Of a DNA stretch of 64,000 nt, positions 20,296 to 30,876 are shown one piece after another; position 1 is the stretch's first letter; the number at the start of each line of letters is the position of its first letter. Made by a program: the position numbers and the translations under genes. Below the pieces are notes generated by a model, which did no database searches, had not been told where the DNA came from, and was given only the letters and a program-made list of their open reading frames with translations. The stretch comes from Candidatus Tiddalikarchaeum anstoanum (GTDB lineage: Archaea > Nanobdellota > Nanobdellia > Tiddalikarchaeales > Tiddalikarchaeaceae): positions 64,114-128,113 of the forward strand of contig CABMEV010000010.1 in assembly GCA_902385255.1 (NCBI GenBank), written 5' to 3'.

Positions 20296-21543
20296 TTACC
20301 AGCATATCCCATCATAGACTGCAGCTGCTGTTTTTATTTTCCTTCCCGCTATTACTATCTTACCTTTGTACAAATCTTCTTTTTTGAACTCGTCCCAGTC
20401 TGTTATTATCAAAACAGCATCGCTCTCATCCACTGCTTCTTTTGCGCTTTTTGCAAAATTTACTTTGCCATCGAATATTTTCTTTGCATTCTCCATCGCT
20501 TTCGGATCGTATGCGACTACTTTGGCGCCTAACTGCAGCAACTCGTTGATTATGGTTATGCTTGGAGATTCCCTCATATCATCAGTTCCTTTTTTGAAAG
20601 CAAGCCCCAATATGCAGATTTTTCTGCCTTTAGGGTTTATGTGGTTCTTTAACAGCGCGATTATCTTTGAAGGCTGTTTTCTATTGACTTCCATCACGCT
20701 TTTTAACAAAGTCATAGGCTCTCCTGTTTCTTCGCCTTTTTTAATTAATGCTTTGACATCTTTCGGGAAACAACTGCCCCCAAATCCGCACCCTGCATCC
20801 AAAAAGCTTCTGCATATTCGTTTATCCATGCCTACAGCATCCATGACATCATAGACGTCTATCCCTATTTTTTTGCATACGTTGCCTACTTCGTTTGCGA
20901 AGCTTATCTTTGTTGCAAGCAGGCTGTTGTTTGAGTATTTTATCATCTCTGCAGTTGTGGGATTCGTTACGAATATCTTTTGAGGAAAACCTTTGTATAA
21001 TAATCTCATCTTCTCCTCAGTTTTTGAGTCAATGACGCCGAGAACCACCCTGTCCCCTTCGAGGAAGTCCTTGATTGCAGTCCCCTCCTTTAAGAATTCA
21101 GGATTCATAGAGAGCCCGAAAGCTTTGCCGCTTTTGTCAAGTATCGGCTTCACTATATTCATGGTTGTTCCAGGAACCACGGTGCTCTTTACAACAACCA
21201 CTTTATAATCATTCAAGTTCTCGCTTATCGTTTTTGCAGCGCTCTTGATATAATCAAGATTGATGCTTCCGTCATCGCTGCTGGGAGTGCCGACGCATAT
21301 GAATACTATTTCGCTTTTTGTTATTCCTTCCTTGGAATTAGTTGTAGCTTTCAACGAGCTTTTCTTAATCATGCTCTGCAATAATTCCTTCATGCCTTCC
21401 TCGTATATTGGAGGTTCTCCGCTGTTAATCATGTCTACTTTTTTATTGTCAATGTCAATGCAGGTCACAACATGGCCCATCTTTGCAAAACAAACGCTTG
21501 TTGTTAATCCAACATAACCGCTTCCAACTACTGCGATTTTCAT
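20296..21543 (-). CDS. ugd: UDP-glucose 6-dehydrogenase
   Basis: GSGYVG, CVGTP, KSTVVPGT, NPEFLKEG, GFGGSCFPKD, GLAFK..TDDMRESP. Confidence 0.93.
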   Translation of the reverse strand: MKIAVVGSGYVGLTTSVCFAKMGHVVTCIDIDNKKVDMINSGEPPIYEEGMKELLQSMIKKSSLKATTNSKEGITKSEIVFICVGTPSSDDGSINLDYIKSAAKTISENLNDYKVVVVKSTVVPGTTMNIVKPILDKSGKAFGLSMNPEFLKEGTAIKDFLEGDRVVLGVIDSKTEEKMRLLYKGFPQKIFVTNPTTAEMIKYSNNSLLATKISFANEVGNVCKKIGIDVYDVMDAVGMDKRICRSFLDAGCGFGGSCFPKDVKALIKKGEETGEPMTLLKSVMEVNRKQPSKIIALLKNHINPKGRKICILGLAFKKGTDDMRESPSITIINELLQLGAKVVAYDPKAMENAKKIFDGKVNFAKSAKEAVDESDAVLIITDWDEFKKEDLYKGKIVIAGRKIKTAAAVYDGICW

Positions 21544-21586
21544 AATGAAATAGAATGAATGCCTTTAAGTTTTATAAATATTTTTT

Positions 21587-22465
21587 TTACAGCGTCGTAA
21601 TTATAGGCTTGTCTTTTACAAGTATTGTATGCTCAAACTGGCTTACTACTCCGTTCATCTCTTCCTTAAGAAGAGGGTAAGACCTGAGTGCACCATTGTT
21701 TTTCAGCTCCTTCAGTCCTAACTTAACATCTACTTGGCTGAATTTTTTATATAATGCCCTTTCGGCAAAAGGAAGAGTATTAAAGTTTTCTTTGATGAAT
21801 GTTAAGATTTTTTTGCCGCTTTCAGTCCTTACTGGTTTTACGCTGACTAATGCATGTATCTTTTCCATACTGCTGTTTATTACATAGCCTTTTCCCGTAG
21901 TGGCAAAGGGTTCTACTGCAATCATGTCGCCGTCTTTCAAAGTGTTCTTGTTGCCGTTGTCAAAGTTAGGTATGAACAGCCCCGAGTGAAGGTCATATTT
22001 TCCAACACCATGGCCCCCAAGATTAGTTATCGGATTGAATCCAAAAGACCTTATAGTATCATTAATAACTCTGCCAACCTGGCACAGTTTGACCCCTGGC
22101 TTTATCACTTTCATCGCTTCCCAGAAAGCCTTCTCGCTAGCTTTTATCAATTCCTTATACACAGCAGTCCCAATCTCTACAGTGAATGCGGTATCTCCTA
22201 CGTAGCCGTTTATCTGAGCCCCCAAGTCCAGCTTGACAACCTGGCCCTTCTGGAATACTTTATCATCTTTGAAATTAGGCGTATCATGGGCTGCGAACTC
22301 GTTAAAGCTGATATTCAGCGGAAACGCTAATTTTCCCCCAAATTCCACTATTTTAGCCTCAACATCTTCCGCGAAATCATAAATGTTTAATCCCTCTTTT
22401 ATTATACTTTTGGCATATTCCCTGGCTTTTCCTGTTATTCTACCTGCTTCTATGAAATCATCCAT
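21587..22465 (-). CDS. map: Methionine aminopeptidase type II
   Basis: AFPLN, AAHDTP, KLDLGA, GDTAFT, GGHG, AVEPFAT, helical insert and SQFEHT; ATG 22465 preferred. Confidence 0.94.
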   Translation of the reverse strand: MDDFIEAGRITGKAREYAKSIIKEGLNIYDFAEDVEAKIVEFGGKLAFPLNISFNEFAAHDTPNFKDDKVFQKGQVVKLDLGAQINGYVGDTAFTVEIGTAVYKELIKASEKAFWEAMKVIKPGVKLCQVGRVINDTIRSFGFNPITNLGGHGVGKYDLHSGLFIPNFDNGNKNTLKDGDMIAVEPFATTGKGYVINSSMEKIHALVSVKPVRTESGKKILTFIKENFNTLPFAERALYKKFSQVDVKLGLKELKNNGALRSYPLLKEEMNGVVSQFEHTILVKDKPIITTL

Positions 22466-22529
22466 ATTAATACACAAAAACGTGTTAGTATAAAAATTTT
22501 TAAACTATCATACTTTTAGTGGATGAACT

Positions 22530-23684
22530 ATGGCAAAAAGAAAACATGCTAAATTAAAGCCTGAAAAGAAGGAACCTGAAAAGAAAAAAATAGTAGAAGA
22601 CGGTGCCAATTTGGAAAACCTAATACCTATAGACTGGAAAATACCAGTTTCTTTCTTAGCTGGTGTTGTGTTAACAATACTTTACTTTACACTATTCACG
22701 GGCACTTCAGGAACATCAAATACTAATACGGGCGGGAATACACTGCCTGGAAATACAGTACTATCTGATGCGCATGTTAACCTTATAGTGTTGACAGATA
22801 ATGCGTGTACAGTTTGTGATTACAGCTGGATACCAATCAGAGTTAGAATGGACTATTCAAATGTAACGATAAGTTATGTTGATGTAAGTTCAACGCAGGG
22901 ACAAAGTTACGTTAGCTCTCTTGGGATAACCAGTGTTCCAACAGCATTCTTTGACAGCTCAGTTGTGAACGCAGCAAACTTTTCAACTTATACACAGAAT
23001 AATTGGTTAATACCATCAGGAACGTATTACTTACTGAACATACAGGGAGAGAAGGATTTAACAAGAACGCCTTCAGCAACTCCAAAAATAGACTTGTTCG
23101 TAATGAGCCATTGCCCTTATGGAACAGCAGCAGAGACAACTATGAATAATATGTTAAATACAGTATCAGGATTTGACTTTAATGTACACTTCATAGGAAC
23201 AGTGTATAATGAGAGCGACGTACCTGCTAACGTGCTTTCAAACCTTGACCAGTACGGATTGATAAGAAAGAACGACTCAAAATATTATTCAACACTGCAT
23301 GGTACAACTGAACTCGACGGAGACATAGCTCAACTTTGCGCAATGAAATACTATCCTGCAACTTGGTGGAACTTCACACTCGCATACAATACAGCTAATT
23401 TCAACTTAGCAAGCGCGATAGCAACACTTGGTTACAATTCATCATTAATAATGAATTGTGTTAACTCACCTGAAGGATGGAACTTATTCGCAGAAGATGT
23501 GCAAATAGCTGAAGAGTTAGGTATCAGTTCAAGCCCAACTTACATGTTTGACAACACCATAAGACCGCAGCAATCAATACAAACTTATGGACCAGCAGGA
23601 GTACTATGTACGCTGCACTCAACATTAAACGGTTGTGCTAATATAGACCAGATACAGACAGCAACAGCAACTGGAAGCTGCTAA
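22530..23684 (+). CDS. Membrane-anchored secreted double thioredoxin-fold protein (GILT/DsbA-like)
   Basis: Basic N-terminus, one TM, CTVC, ITSVPT, FVMSHCPYG, LHGTTELDGDIAQLCA, ISSSPT; six N-X-S/T sequons. Confidence 0.75.
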   Translation: MAKRKHAKLKPEKKEPEKKKIVEDGANLENLIPIDWKIPVSFLAGVVLTILYFTLFTGTSGTSNTNTGGNTLPGNTVLSDAHVNLIVLTDNACTVCDYSWIPIRVRMDYSNVTISYVDVSSTQGQSYVSSLGITSVPTAFFDSSVVNAANFSTYTQNNWLIPSGTYYLLNIQGEKDLTRTPSATPKIDLFVMSHCPYGTAAETTMNNMLNTVSGFDFNVHFIGTVYNESDVPANVLSNLDQYGLIRKNDSKYYSTLHGTTELDGDIAQLCAMKYYPATWWNFTLAYNTANFNLASAIATLGYNSSLIMNCVNSPEGWNLFAEDVQIAEELGISSSPTYMFDNTIRPQQSIQTYGPAGVLCTLHSTLNGCANIDQIQTATATGSC

Positions 23685-23695
23685 AACAGCCTCTA

Positions 23696-23711
23696 TTTTT
23701 TATTTTTTTTT
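23696..23711 (+). terminator. Oligo-T archaeal terminator candidate
   Basis: T6-A-T9 tract starting 12 nt after the stop at 23684. Confidence 0.4.
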
Positions 23712-24335
23712 ATGAGTTTAAACATAATTTTCAGCTTTATTTCAGAATTAAACGTTATAAAATATACTATATCAAAGACTGACAGGTACATCAAACTTGG
23801 TTATAAATATTCTTTGCCAAAAGATGTGGCTGAATTTTCAAGCATTACGGATATATCAAAATCATTAAAAAATGAGTATAATGAAGCTGAGTATGAAAAT
23901 GTAAAAAAAAGCCTTGAAAGCGACTATTCCAAAATAGAACACAAATTTATCGAGTCATTAACCAAAGTATTCGGTGATAAAATCCCTCGTGATTTTGATG
24001 TCGTGTTAACAAAGTATGGCGTCGTCGGCGCTTTCAATCCCCCGAACAAGGTTACTATAAACTTTACAAATACCTGCCATTCGCCTATCAATATATTAGT
24101 GCATGAGATCCTTCACTTAATCATTGAGCCTTTTGTCATAATGTATAATATAAATCAGATGAGGAAAGAGCGCACAGTTGATTTATTATTAAACAGCGGC
24201 GAGTTTAACATGTTGGGGTTTAACAGCTGGCAGAGTAATTATAACGGCGCTGAAAAAGTTGTTGATGAACTGTTCAAAAACGATTTTTTTGCGTCGCCTG
24301 AACAATTTTTTAAAAAATTAAGCAAAATAAAATAA
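23712..24335 (+). CDS. Hypothetical protein with HExxH zincin-like motif
   Basis: LTKYGVVGAFNPP...ILVHEILH...KERTVDLL. Confidence 0.65.
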   Translation: MSLNIIFSFISELNVIKYTISKTDRYIKLGYKYSLPKDVAEFSSITDISKSLKNEYNEAEYENVKKSLESDYSKIEHKFIESLTKVFGDKIPRDFDVVLTKYGVVGAFNPPNKVTINFTNTCHSPINILVHEILHLIIEPFVIMYNINQMRKERTVDLLLNSGEFNMLGFNSWQSNYNGAEKVVDELFKNDFFASPEQFFKKLSKIK

Positions 24336-24355
24336 AAAGAAGCCTGGAGTTTTTT

Positions 24356-25285
24356 TTATTCTGTCTCTCCGAGGAGTTTTGGTATTATCTGCTTCTTCCT
24401 GCTCATGACGCCTTTCATGTACACGCTTCCGTCTTTAAGTTTGACATTGAATGTCTTCTCGAACAAATCGGTTTTTCCCATTGCGTAAACCTGGCTGGAC
24501 TCTTCATTTAAGTCTGTAATCATGGCGATGAATATGTCATACTTCTTTTCCTTGATGAATTTTGCAATATCATCCTTCATTGCTTTGTCATTCTTTTTCA
24601 TGAACTCCTTCAAGTCCATGAGTTTGAACTGGGAAACACCCATCTTTAAATTATTAGGGGCAGGTATGTCATAATCCTTCAAGTCTTCGGTTATTATTTC
24701 CCTCATATTCTTCTTGTCGAACTTGCTCTTTATCTTGAACATCTCGGTTCCTATCTTTTGAATATCTAATCCGCTTGTCTTTGCCAGCTCGTCGCCGATG
24801 TCCTTATCAAGTTTTGTCGTCGCAGGCGACTTAAACATATCAGTGTCGCTTATTATTCCAGTAAGTATCAGGCTTGCAATATTCTTCGGAATCTGCACGT
24901 TATGACTCTTAAAATATGTGGCAATAATAGTTGATGTCGCGCCAACAGGTTCAGAGTGGTAATGTATGGGCTTATTTGTCCTAATGTCGCTGATGTTATG
25001 ATGGTCTATCACTTCAACAAGGTCTGCTTTGTCAAAATCAGGCACCATTTGCGCGATACAGCAGTGGTCAACAAGTGCTACGTGTTTCTGCGCCAGACTG
25101 TTTAACACTTGCGGTGTTGCGAACCCGAACCTTTTAAGAATGAATTCAGTTTCGTCGTCTACTTTTCCGGATACTGCAGGAGTCCATTCTTTTTCGCCAA
25201 TCTTTTCCTTGAAAAAAGCAAGTGCTATAGAACTCGCAACACTATCCAAATCAGGGTTTTTATGTCCAATAACGTATGTTACCAT
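24356..25285 (-). CDS. ppaC: Mn-dependent inorganic pyrophosphatase (DHH family II)
   Basis: GHKNPDLDS, IDHH, EPVGATST, ISDT..FKSPATT, DLKDY, VMSRKKQ. Confidence 0.94.
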   Translation of the reverse strand: MVTYVIGHKNPDLDSVASSIALAFFKEKIGEKEWTPAVSGKVDDETEFILKRFGFATPQVLNSLAQKHVALVDHCCIAQMVPDFDKADLVEVIDHHNISDIRTNKPIHYHSEPVGATSTIIATYFKSHNVQIPKNIASLILTGIISDTDMFKSPATTKLDKDIGDELAKTSGLDIQKIGTEMFKIKSKFDKKNMREIITEDLKDYDIPAPNNLKMGVSQFKLMDLKEFMKKNDKAMKDDIAKFIKEKKYDIFIAMITDLNEESSQVYAMGKTDLFEKTFNVKLKDGSVYMKGVMSRKKQIIPKLLGETE

Positions 25286-25345
25286 AGTAGAACTGTAAGT
25301 AAAAAAGATTTAAAAAAACTTTTGGATTAATATAAATATACAAAA

Positions 25346-25978
25346 ATGAATGCTGACAAGGAGAAGCTGTTAAAATATTGGAAGAAAGACAAGATAGTGA
25401 AAGATGCAAAAATCTTGAAAGCCCTAACTGATGTTAAAAGGGAGGAGTTCATACCTGATTATCAGAAAAAATTCGCTTACGATGACATACCTCTTCACAT
25501 AGGAGAAGGGCAGACTATTTCCCAGCCGACGACAGTTGCGATAATGACTCAGGCATTAAGCCCAAAATTAGGCGAGAAGATATTAGAGGTAGGTACTGGG
25601 AGCGGCTACCAGTCTGCAATATTATCAAAAATTATAGGCCCTAAAGGAAAAATAATCACAATCGAGTATTTGAAGGAGCTTTACTTATTTGCAAAAAAAA
25701 ACCTTAAAGATTTCAAAAACGTATCAGTCCTGCACGGCGACGGAAGCAAGGGTTATCCGAAAGAGGCGCCGTTTGACAAGATAATAGTCACTGCAGCGGC
25801 AAGTTCCATTCCAAAACAATTATTAGGTCAGTTGAAAACAGGGGGCGTTCTCGTAATACCTGTCGGGGATTTCATACAAGAGATGCAGAAGATAACAAAA
25901 ACTAAAGAAGGACTGAAGAAGGAGAAACTTGGAGAGTTCAGGTTTGTGCCATTAGTCCTTGAAGATGATGGAAAGTAG
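25346..25978 (+). CDS. pcm: Protein-L-isoaspartate O-methyltransferase
   Basis: GQTISQP, LEVGTGSGY, GDGSKG, APFDKIIVTAA, QLKTGGVLVIPVG, FVPL. Confidence 0.95.
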   Translation: MNADKEKLLKYWKKDKIVKDAKILKALTDVKREEFIPDYQKKFAYDDIPLHIGEGQTISQPTTVAIMTQALSPKLGEKILEVGTGSGYQSAILSKIIGPKGKIITIEYLKELYLFAKKNLKDFKNVSVLHGDGSKGYPKEAPFDKIIVTAAASSIPKQLLGQLKTGGVLVIPVGDFIQEMQKITKTKEGLKKEKLGEFRFVPLVLEDDGK

Positions 25979-26245
25979 GAAATAGATTGGAATCCCTATA
26001 ATGAAAACAATCAGTATTAACAATAATATTCTTATGGTGTTAGAGTCAAGCCCGGTAATCTTGCTGACCCTGTCTGAAATCCTAAGAAGCTCATCAGTGG
26101 TCTCGACATCCCTTTTTATTTTCAGAACTGTTGGTTTAACCTGTTTGACTAATTTTTTCTTCTTTAATATTTTTACCTTGGATTGTCTGCTTATTGTTTT
26201 CTTTGAAGGAACTTTCTCCACAGGTTCAGCGATTTCATCAGCCAT
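25952..26245 (-). CDS. Hypothetical protein, Lys-rich N-terminus and C-terminal TM
   Basis: 97-aa ORF divergent from cdc6; 3' end overlaps pcm. Confidence 0.6.
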   Translation of the reverse strand: MADEIAEPVEKVPSKKTISRQSKVKILKKKKLVKQVKPTVLKIKRDVETTDELLRISDRVSKITGLDSNTIRILLLILIVFIIGIPIYFLLSIIFKD

Positions 26246-26328
26246 ATTAAAAACTAATTACGCCCTTATTTAAAAAATCCGCTACATTACAGGAATACTT
26301 ATAAATGATTAAAAATTCCTATATTGTT

Positions 26329-27399
26329 ATGAGTCTTTTCAATGATATACTTGCTGCTGACCAGACCTTATTCAAGGATGATACCATCCTCGATTTCGAT
26401 TATATTCCTACAATAGTTTCAGGAAGGGATGATGAGATTAAAGGCATAGTTGAAAGCGTGAAGCCGTTATTCTTCGACAAGGCTCCTACAAACCTTTTCA
26501 TAACAGGGCTTCCCGGTATTGGAAAAACGTTAGCGTTAAAGTTCGTATTCAATGACTTAAAGCAGACAAGCAGTGATATCATCCCTTGTTATATTAACTG
26601 CTGGAAGAATTCAACGTATCACAGCGTTTTCGTGGAATTGTCAAAATTTTTCGGAGTGCCATACCCAAGCAAGGGTGTAAGCACTGACGAGATTATCAGG
26701 GGAATCACCAAGAAGATAGAGAACAAGAAAGGGATAGTTGTAGCATTTGATGAGATAGACAAGGCGCGCACAATGGATTTCTTATACCCTTTGATAGACG
26801 GCTTTGGAAGAAAGATATGCCTCCTACTAGTATCCAATTATAATAATTTCCTTTCAAAAGTTGATTCAAGATTGTTGTCAAGATTGAACATTGAGAACTT
26901 GGATTTCAAGCCTTACAACAGGCCGCAGTTTGAAAACATACTGAAAGAGAGAGTGGACTACGCTTTTTATCCTAACGTTTTCGAGAAGGATGCGTTTAAC
27001 ACTGTTGTTGACAAGGCATGCACCAAGAAAGATGTAAGACTTGGGATATCACTTTTATTGAAGAGCGGCAGACGCGCAGAGAGCGAATCATCCAAGAAAG
27101 TGAAGAAGGAGCATGTTGATTTCGCAATCAAGAATATTGAAGAGTCGCTCCAGAAAGACAGGATGAAAGACTTAGAGGACCATGAGAAGAAAATCTTGGA
27201 CTTGTTGAAAGGCGAGAACGGCATAATAACAGGCGACTTGTATGACAAGTTTGTAAAGACAGGCGAGAATATAAGCATGAGGACTTTCAGAAAGTATCTA
27301 AATCAGCTTGAACGCTCAGAATTCATAAACACTGAGGATACCGGTGCAGGATTTCGCGGAAAGAGCAGGAAGATTTACCTGAAAAACTATGGTAGTTGA
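26329..27399 (+). CDS. cdc6: Cdc6/Orc1 replication initiator
   Basis: DYIP...RDDEI, Walker A GLPGIGKT, YINC, Walker B AFDEID, FKPY, C-terminal winged helix; CTTATAAA (26298-26305) supports ATG 26329 over 26305. Confidence 0.93.
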   Translation: MSLFNDILAADQTLFKDDTILDFDYIPTIVSGRDDEIKGIVESVKPLFFDKAPTNLFITGLPGIGKTLALKFVFNDLKQTSSDIIPCYINCWKNSTYHSVFVELSKFFGVPYPSKGVSTDEIIRGITKKIENKKGIVVAFDEIDKARTMDFLYPLIDGFGRKICLLLVSNYNNFLSKVDSRLLSRLNIENLDFKPYNRPQFENILKERVDYAFYPNVFEKDAFNTVVDKACTKKDVRLGISLLLKSGRRAESESSKKVKKEHVDFAIKNIEESLQKDRMKDLEDHEKKILDLLKGENGIITGDLYDKFVKTGENISMRTFRKYLNQLERSEFINTEDTGAGFRGKSRKIYLKNYGS

Positions 27400-28225
27400 A
27401 AGTTTCATATCAGCAGATGATGCAAGAAAGAACCCGTGGTACTTATTCTTTCTAGGGATGGTTTACGCAAGCATGGGAATACTGCTTGCCATGATAATAT
27501 TCCCGAACCAGGCCAGCTTGACAGCCGTATTCCTGACAACGCTTGCGACAGCGCCATTATTTGTGTCATTGCTGAAATCTGAAGAGGTAATACAGATAGA
27601 ACTCATAGAGCAGAGAAAACCATTATTGTTAAAACAGATAGATATTATCAGCGTATTCTTCTTCTTATTCCTCGGATTCACATTGGCATTCTCATTCTGG
27701 TTCACGTTCCTGCCTGACACAATGGTGGAATCTGTTTTTAACACGCAGGTTGCAGAATTGACTAATATTCAGGGCTTGACAACAGGCAACTTGTTCAACG
27801 AAGGCATTTTCACGCTGATACTGCAGAACAACCTCAGGGTTTTATTATTCATAATAATAATATCATTCATATACGGTGCAGGTTCGATACTGATACTTGC
27901 TTGGAATGCAAGCGTACTCGGCTCAGCTGTTGGATTATTCATCAAAGAACAGGTTGGCTCGTTAATGGGCACCGACTACTTGAACAATCTCGCACTTTAC
28001 TTCTCATCCCTCCCTGCAGGTCTTGGCCAGTACATGGTCCACGGCAGCTTCGAAATGGGTGCTTATTTCATAGGAAGCTTCGTTGGCGGCATAATCAGCG
28101 CAGCAGTCGTAAGAAAACAGTTTATAAATATTAATTTCTTAAAGTTTTTAAAAAACGTAACAGTTTTAATAACAATCGCTTTATTACTTTTAGTAATCGC
28201 GGCGTATATAGAAGTGAGTTTATAA
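27389..28225 (+). CDS. SpoIIM/DUF95-family membrane protein
   Basis: ILQNNLRV, LAWNASVLG, HGSFEM, AAYIEV. Confidence 0.85.
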   Translation: MVVESFISADDARKNPWYLFFLGMVYASMGILLAMIIFPNQASLTAVFLTTLATAPLFVSLLKSEEVIQIELIEQRKPLLLKQIDIISVFFFLFLGFTLAFSFWFTFLPDTMVESVFNTQVAELTNIQGLTTGNLFNEGIFTLILQNNLRVLLFIIIISFIYGAGSILILAWNASVLGSAVGLFIKEQVGSLMGTDYLNNLALYFSSLPAGLGQYMVHGSFEMGAYFIGSFVGGIISAAVVRKQFININFLKFLKNVTVLITIALLLLVIAAYIEVSL

Positions 28226-28227
28226 AA

Positions 28228-30870
28228 ATGAAGAATAAGAAGGAATCTAAAAAAGCAGATGATGAAGAGGAGTTAGAATTAGACTTTGACTCAGTCTTTG
28301 AGTATGTGAAGACGCACAAGTTTGTAATCACGATTATAGGCATAATATTGGCACTCGGTGTCACTTGGATTGTAAGAACGCAGGATATACCGAATTTTGT
28401 AGGCGGAATACTTCCAGACCTTGACACTTACGTATTCCTAAGATACGCTAATGATATTATAACAAAAGGCGCGATACCGCTCAATGATACGATGCGTTAC
28501 TACCCTACAGGTTTTGACACTACTAGTGAATTAATGACTCCTTCTTATGCAATTGCGGCAATTTACCGCATACTTAATTTGTTCACTAATGTGAGCGTCA
28601 ATGATGCTGCAATACTATTTCCTGTCATTACAACCTGCATCGGCATGATATTCTTCTTTTTAATAGCGCACGATGCTTTTGGAAACGCTGTCGCCGTAAT
28701 ATCATCACTGCTACTTGCAGTAAGCCAGGGATTTCTTTACAGGACCAGCGCCGGAGTCCCGGAGAAAGAGCCTATAGCAATAATGTTCTTATTTCCAATG
28801 ATATATTTCATACTTAAGGCAATCAGGAATACCGACCTCAAAAAGAAAATAATATACTCTTTGCTTTGCGGAGTTTGTATAATCGGTTCTGCAGCGTCAT
28901 GGGGAGGTTCAAACTTCACGTTCATACCTTTGGAGATAACGCTATTCTTGCTTGTGATGTTCGGAGTCTCAACGAGAAAAGACTCAATAGTCTACTTCAT
29001 ACTTGTGTTGTCCATATTAGGCATTACTTTAGTCTCAGGACGCTATGGAGTATTCCTTGACATCTTCAAGAATTATATGTTCATACTCTTTGTCCCAGCA
29101 CTATTCCTCAACTTATTCGTGCACGAATTATACCCTAAGTTAAACAGTTTTGTTTCAAAGTACAAGCCTTCCTTCCTGTCAGAACAGTTCTACTCAGTTC
29201 TTCTTGGAATATTTATCCTGTTCATTTTAACACTAATATATCCAGGTATTAGTTATTACTCTTACCTCTTCAAATTCGCATTTGAACGAATCAATAATCC
29301 ATTTGGCTCCGACCCGTTCGCATTAAGCGTCAGTGAGAACCAAGCGCCTTATTTTTATGACCCAAGCAGCCACGTCGACTGGTGGTCGCCTTTAAACTAT
29401 ACTTTTTTCACAATGTTGCTCGGCTCATTTCTGTTATTCTACGAATTATTGAAAGAGTTTAAGCATTCACGATTAATACTGACCATTACTTATGTCGCGT
29501 CAATAGTATTATTCATATTTGCGCGCTTTAGCAGCGACTCGAAATATGCATGGATTAACAATATAATGGACCAGCCATTCCTGGGACTGCAGCTTCACCA
29601 CTGGGTGCTGTTTTCATTCTTCGCCTATTTTGCATTCTTCACATTCAAGAATAACAAGAGAGTTGAAGCATTCAAAAAATTCAGGCCAGAATACTTATTC
29701 CTGTTCTTATGGTTCCTCCTTTCAGCAATAGGTGCAAGCGGAGGAGTAAGATTAATATTCGCAGTGTGCCCTCCGGCAATGATACTGTCAGGATACTTTT
29801 TCAGGAAGCTCTTTGACATAATAAACAGGTTCGTCGAATCTAAGACGCTTGCATCATCAGCGTATGTCCTGGCAATAATACTTATTGGGTATAACCTTTT
29901 CGTATCAATTAATCTTAACAAGAACATTTATCCAAGTTTCACATCAGAATGGAATGATGCAATGAACTGGGTGAAGTTAAACACACCTATTGACAGCGTC
30001 TTTGCTCACTGGTGGGATTATGGCTACTGGGTTCAGACAATGGGTGACAGGGCTACAAACCTCGACGGTGGAAACTTCTTCGTAGACCGAGACCACTTAA
30101 TGGGCAGGTACTTATTCGCATCAAGGGTGTTTAATAACGGGACTTATAATATGAGCGAGCCGGCAACAGCGCTTGTCAGGAACTTTGGAAGCCCTGAGTA
30201 TTTCTTAATAATAGATGATGATGTGTTAAAGTACGTCCAGATGGGAAGGATTGGAAAAAGACCAATGTATTACACAGTAGGAATACCTGACCAGACAATG
30301 ACCAACGACGTAAGGTTCAACATAGCTAACGCTTCAACTTACCCTTCAATTGCAGTCTATAAATCAATTTATGGCGCTTTCCCTGTGCAGGAAGACTTCA
30401 AGTATAATAATTTCCTTTACAAGGCAGGGCAGACTTACATAGTGAACATATTATTCCCTTACAACGAAACTGACGTGTCTCCGAAAGCTTATGCTGCCGT
30501 ATACAACTCTTATGCTGACAGTGCAAATGTCAAACTAGTACCTTTCAACTGTTACTGCACGTACGGCGAACAATGCTATTACTATAGGAATGACGGATTG
30601 CCTGAATGCACTTACTTGGTGAGCGATGGTGTAGTATTAATACCTCAGAATGCAAGCAATAACTTGTTCACACAATTATACCTGCTCAATGCTACAGTTC
30701 CAGGATTCGAAATAGCATATGATAATGACAGGCTGTTAAACATTCAGGGAATGGTCAGTCAAAGCCTTACAGACATTAAGATTTACAAAATAAATTATAC
30801 AGCACTCGACCCGTTCGTGTTAGACTCAGTGCCTAATTACTGGACTACAACAGGCGGAGTATTCTGGTAA
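28228..30870 (+). CDS. aglB: Oligosaccharyltransferase AglB (STT3)
   Basis: DLDTY, RYYPTG, PEKE, SVSENQ, WWDYG, NLDGG, DVLKYVQM; polytopic N-terminal half. Confidence 0.96.
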   Translation: MKNKKESKKADDEEELELDFDSVFEYVKTHKFVITIIGIILALGVTWIVRTQDIPNFVGGILPDLDTYVFLRYANDIITKGAIPLNDTMRYYPTGFDTTSELMTPSYAIAAIYRILNLFTNVSVNDAAILFPVITTCIGMIFFFLIAHDAFGNAVAVISSLLLAVSQGFLYRTSAGVPEKEPIAIMFLFPMIYFILKAIRNTDLKKKIIYSLLCGVCIIGSAASWGGSNFTFIPLEITLFLLVMFGVSTRKDSIVYFILVLSILGITLVSGRYGVFLDIFKNYMFILFVPALFLNLFVHELYPKLNSFVSKYKPSFLSEQFYSVLLGIFILFILTLIYPGISYYSYLFKFAFERINNPFGSDPFALSVSENQAPYFYDPSSHVDWWSPLNYTFFTMLLGSFLLFYELLKEFKHSRLILTITYVASIVLFIFARFSSDSKYAWINNIMDQPFLGLQLHHWVLFSFFAYFAFFTFKNNKRVEAFKKFRPEYLFLFLWFLLSAIGASGGVRLIFAVCPPAMILSGYFFRKLFDIINRFVESKTLASSAYVLAIILIGYNLFVSINLNKNIYPSFTSEWNDAMNWVKLNTPIDSVFAHWWDYGYWVQTMGDRATNLDGGNFFVDRDHLMGRYLFASRVFNNGTYNMSEPATALVRNFGSPEYFLIIDDDVLKYVQMGRIGKRPMYYTVGIPDQTMTNDVRFNIANASTYPSIAVYKSIYGAFPVQEDFKYNNFLYKAGQTYIVNILFPYNETDVSPKAYAAVYNSYADSANVKLVPFNCYCTYGEQCYYYRNDGLPECTYLVSDGVVLIPQNASNNLFTQLYLLNATVPGFEIAYDNDRLLNIQGMVSQSLTDIKIYKINYTALDPFVLDSVPNYWTTTGGVFW

Positions 30871-30876
30871 AAAAAC

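Noticed and set aside
26246-26328. Possible oriC next to cdc6
   Set aside because: The gap is only about 80 bp and holds divergent promoters; no ORB-like repeats or long unwinding element were seen
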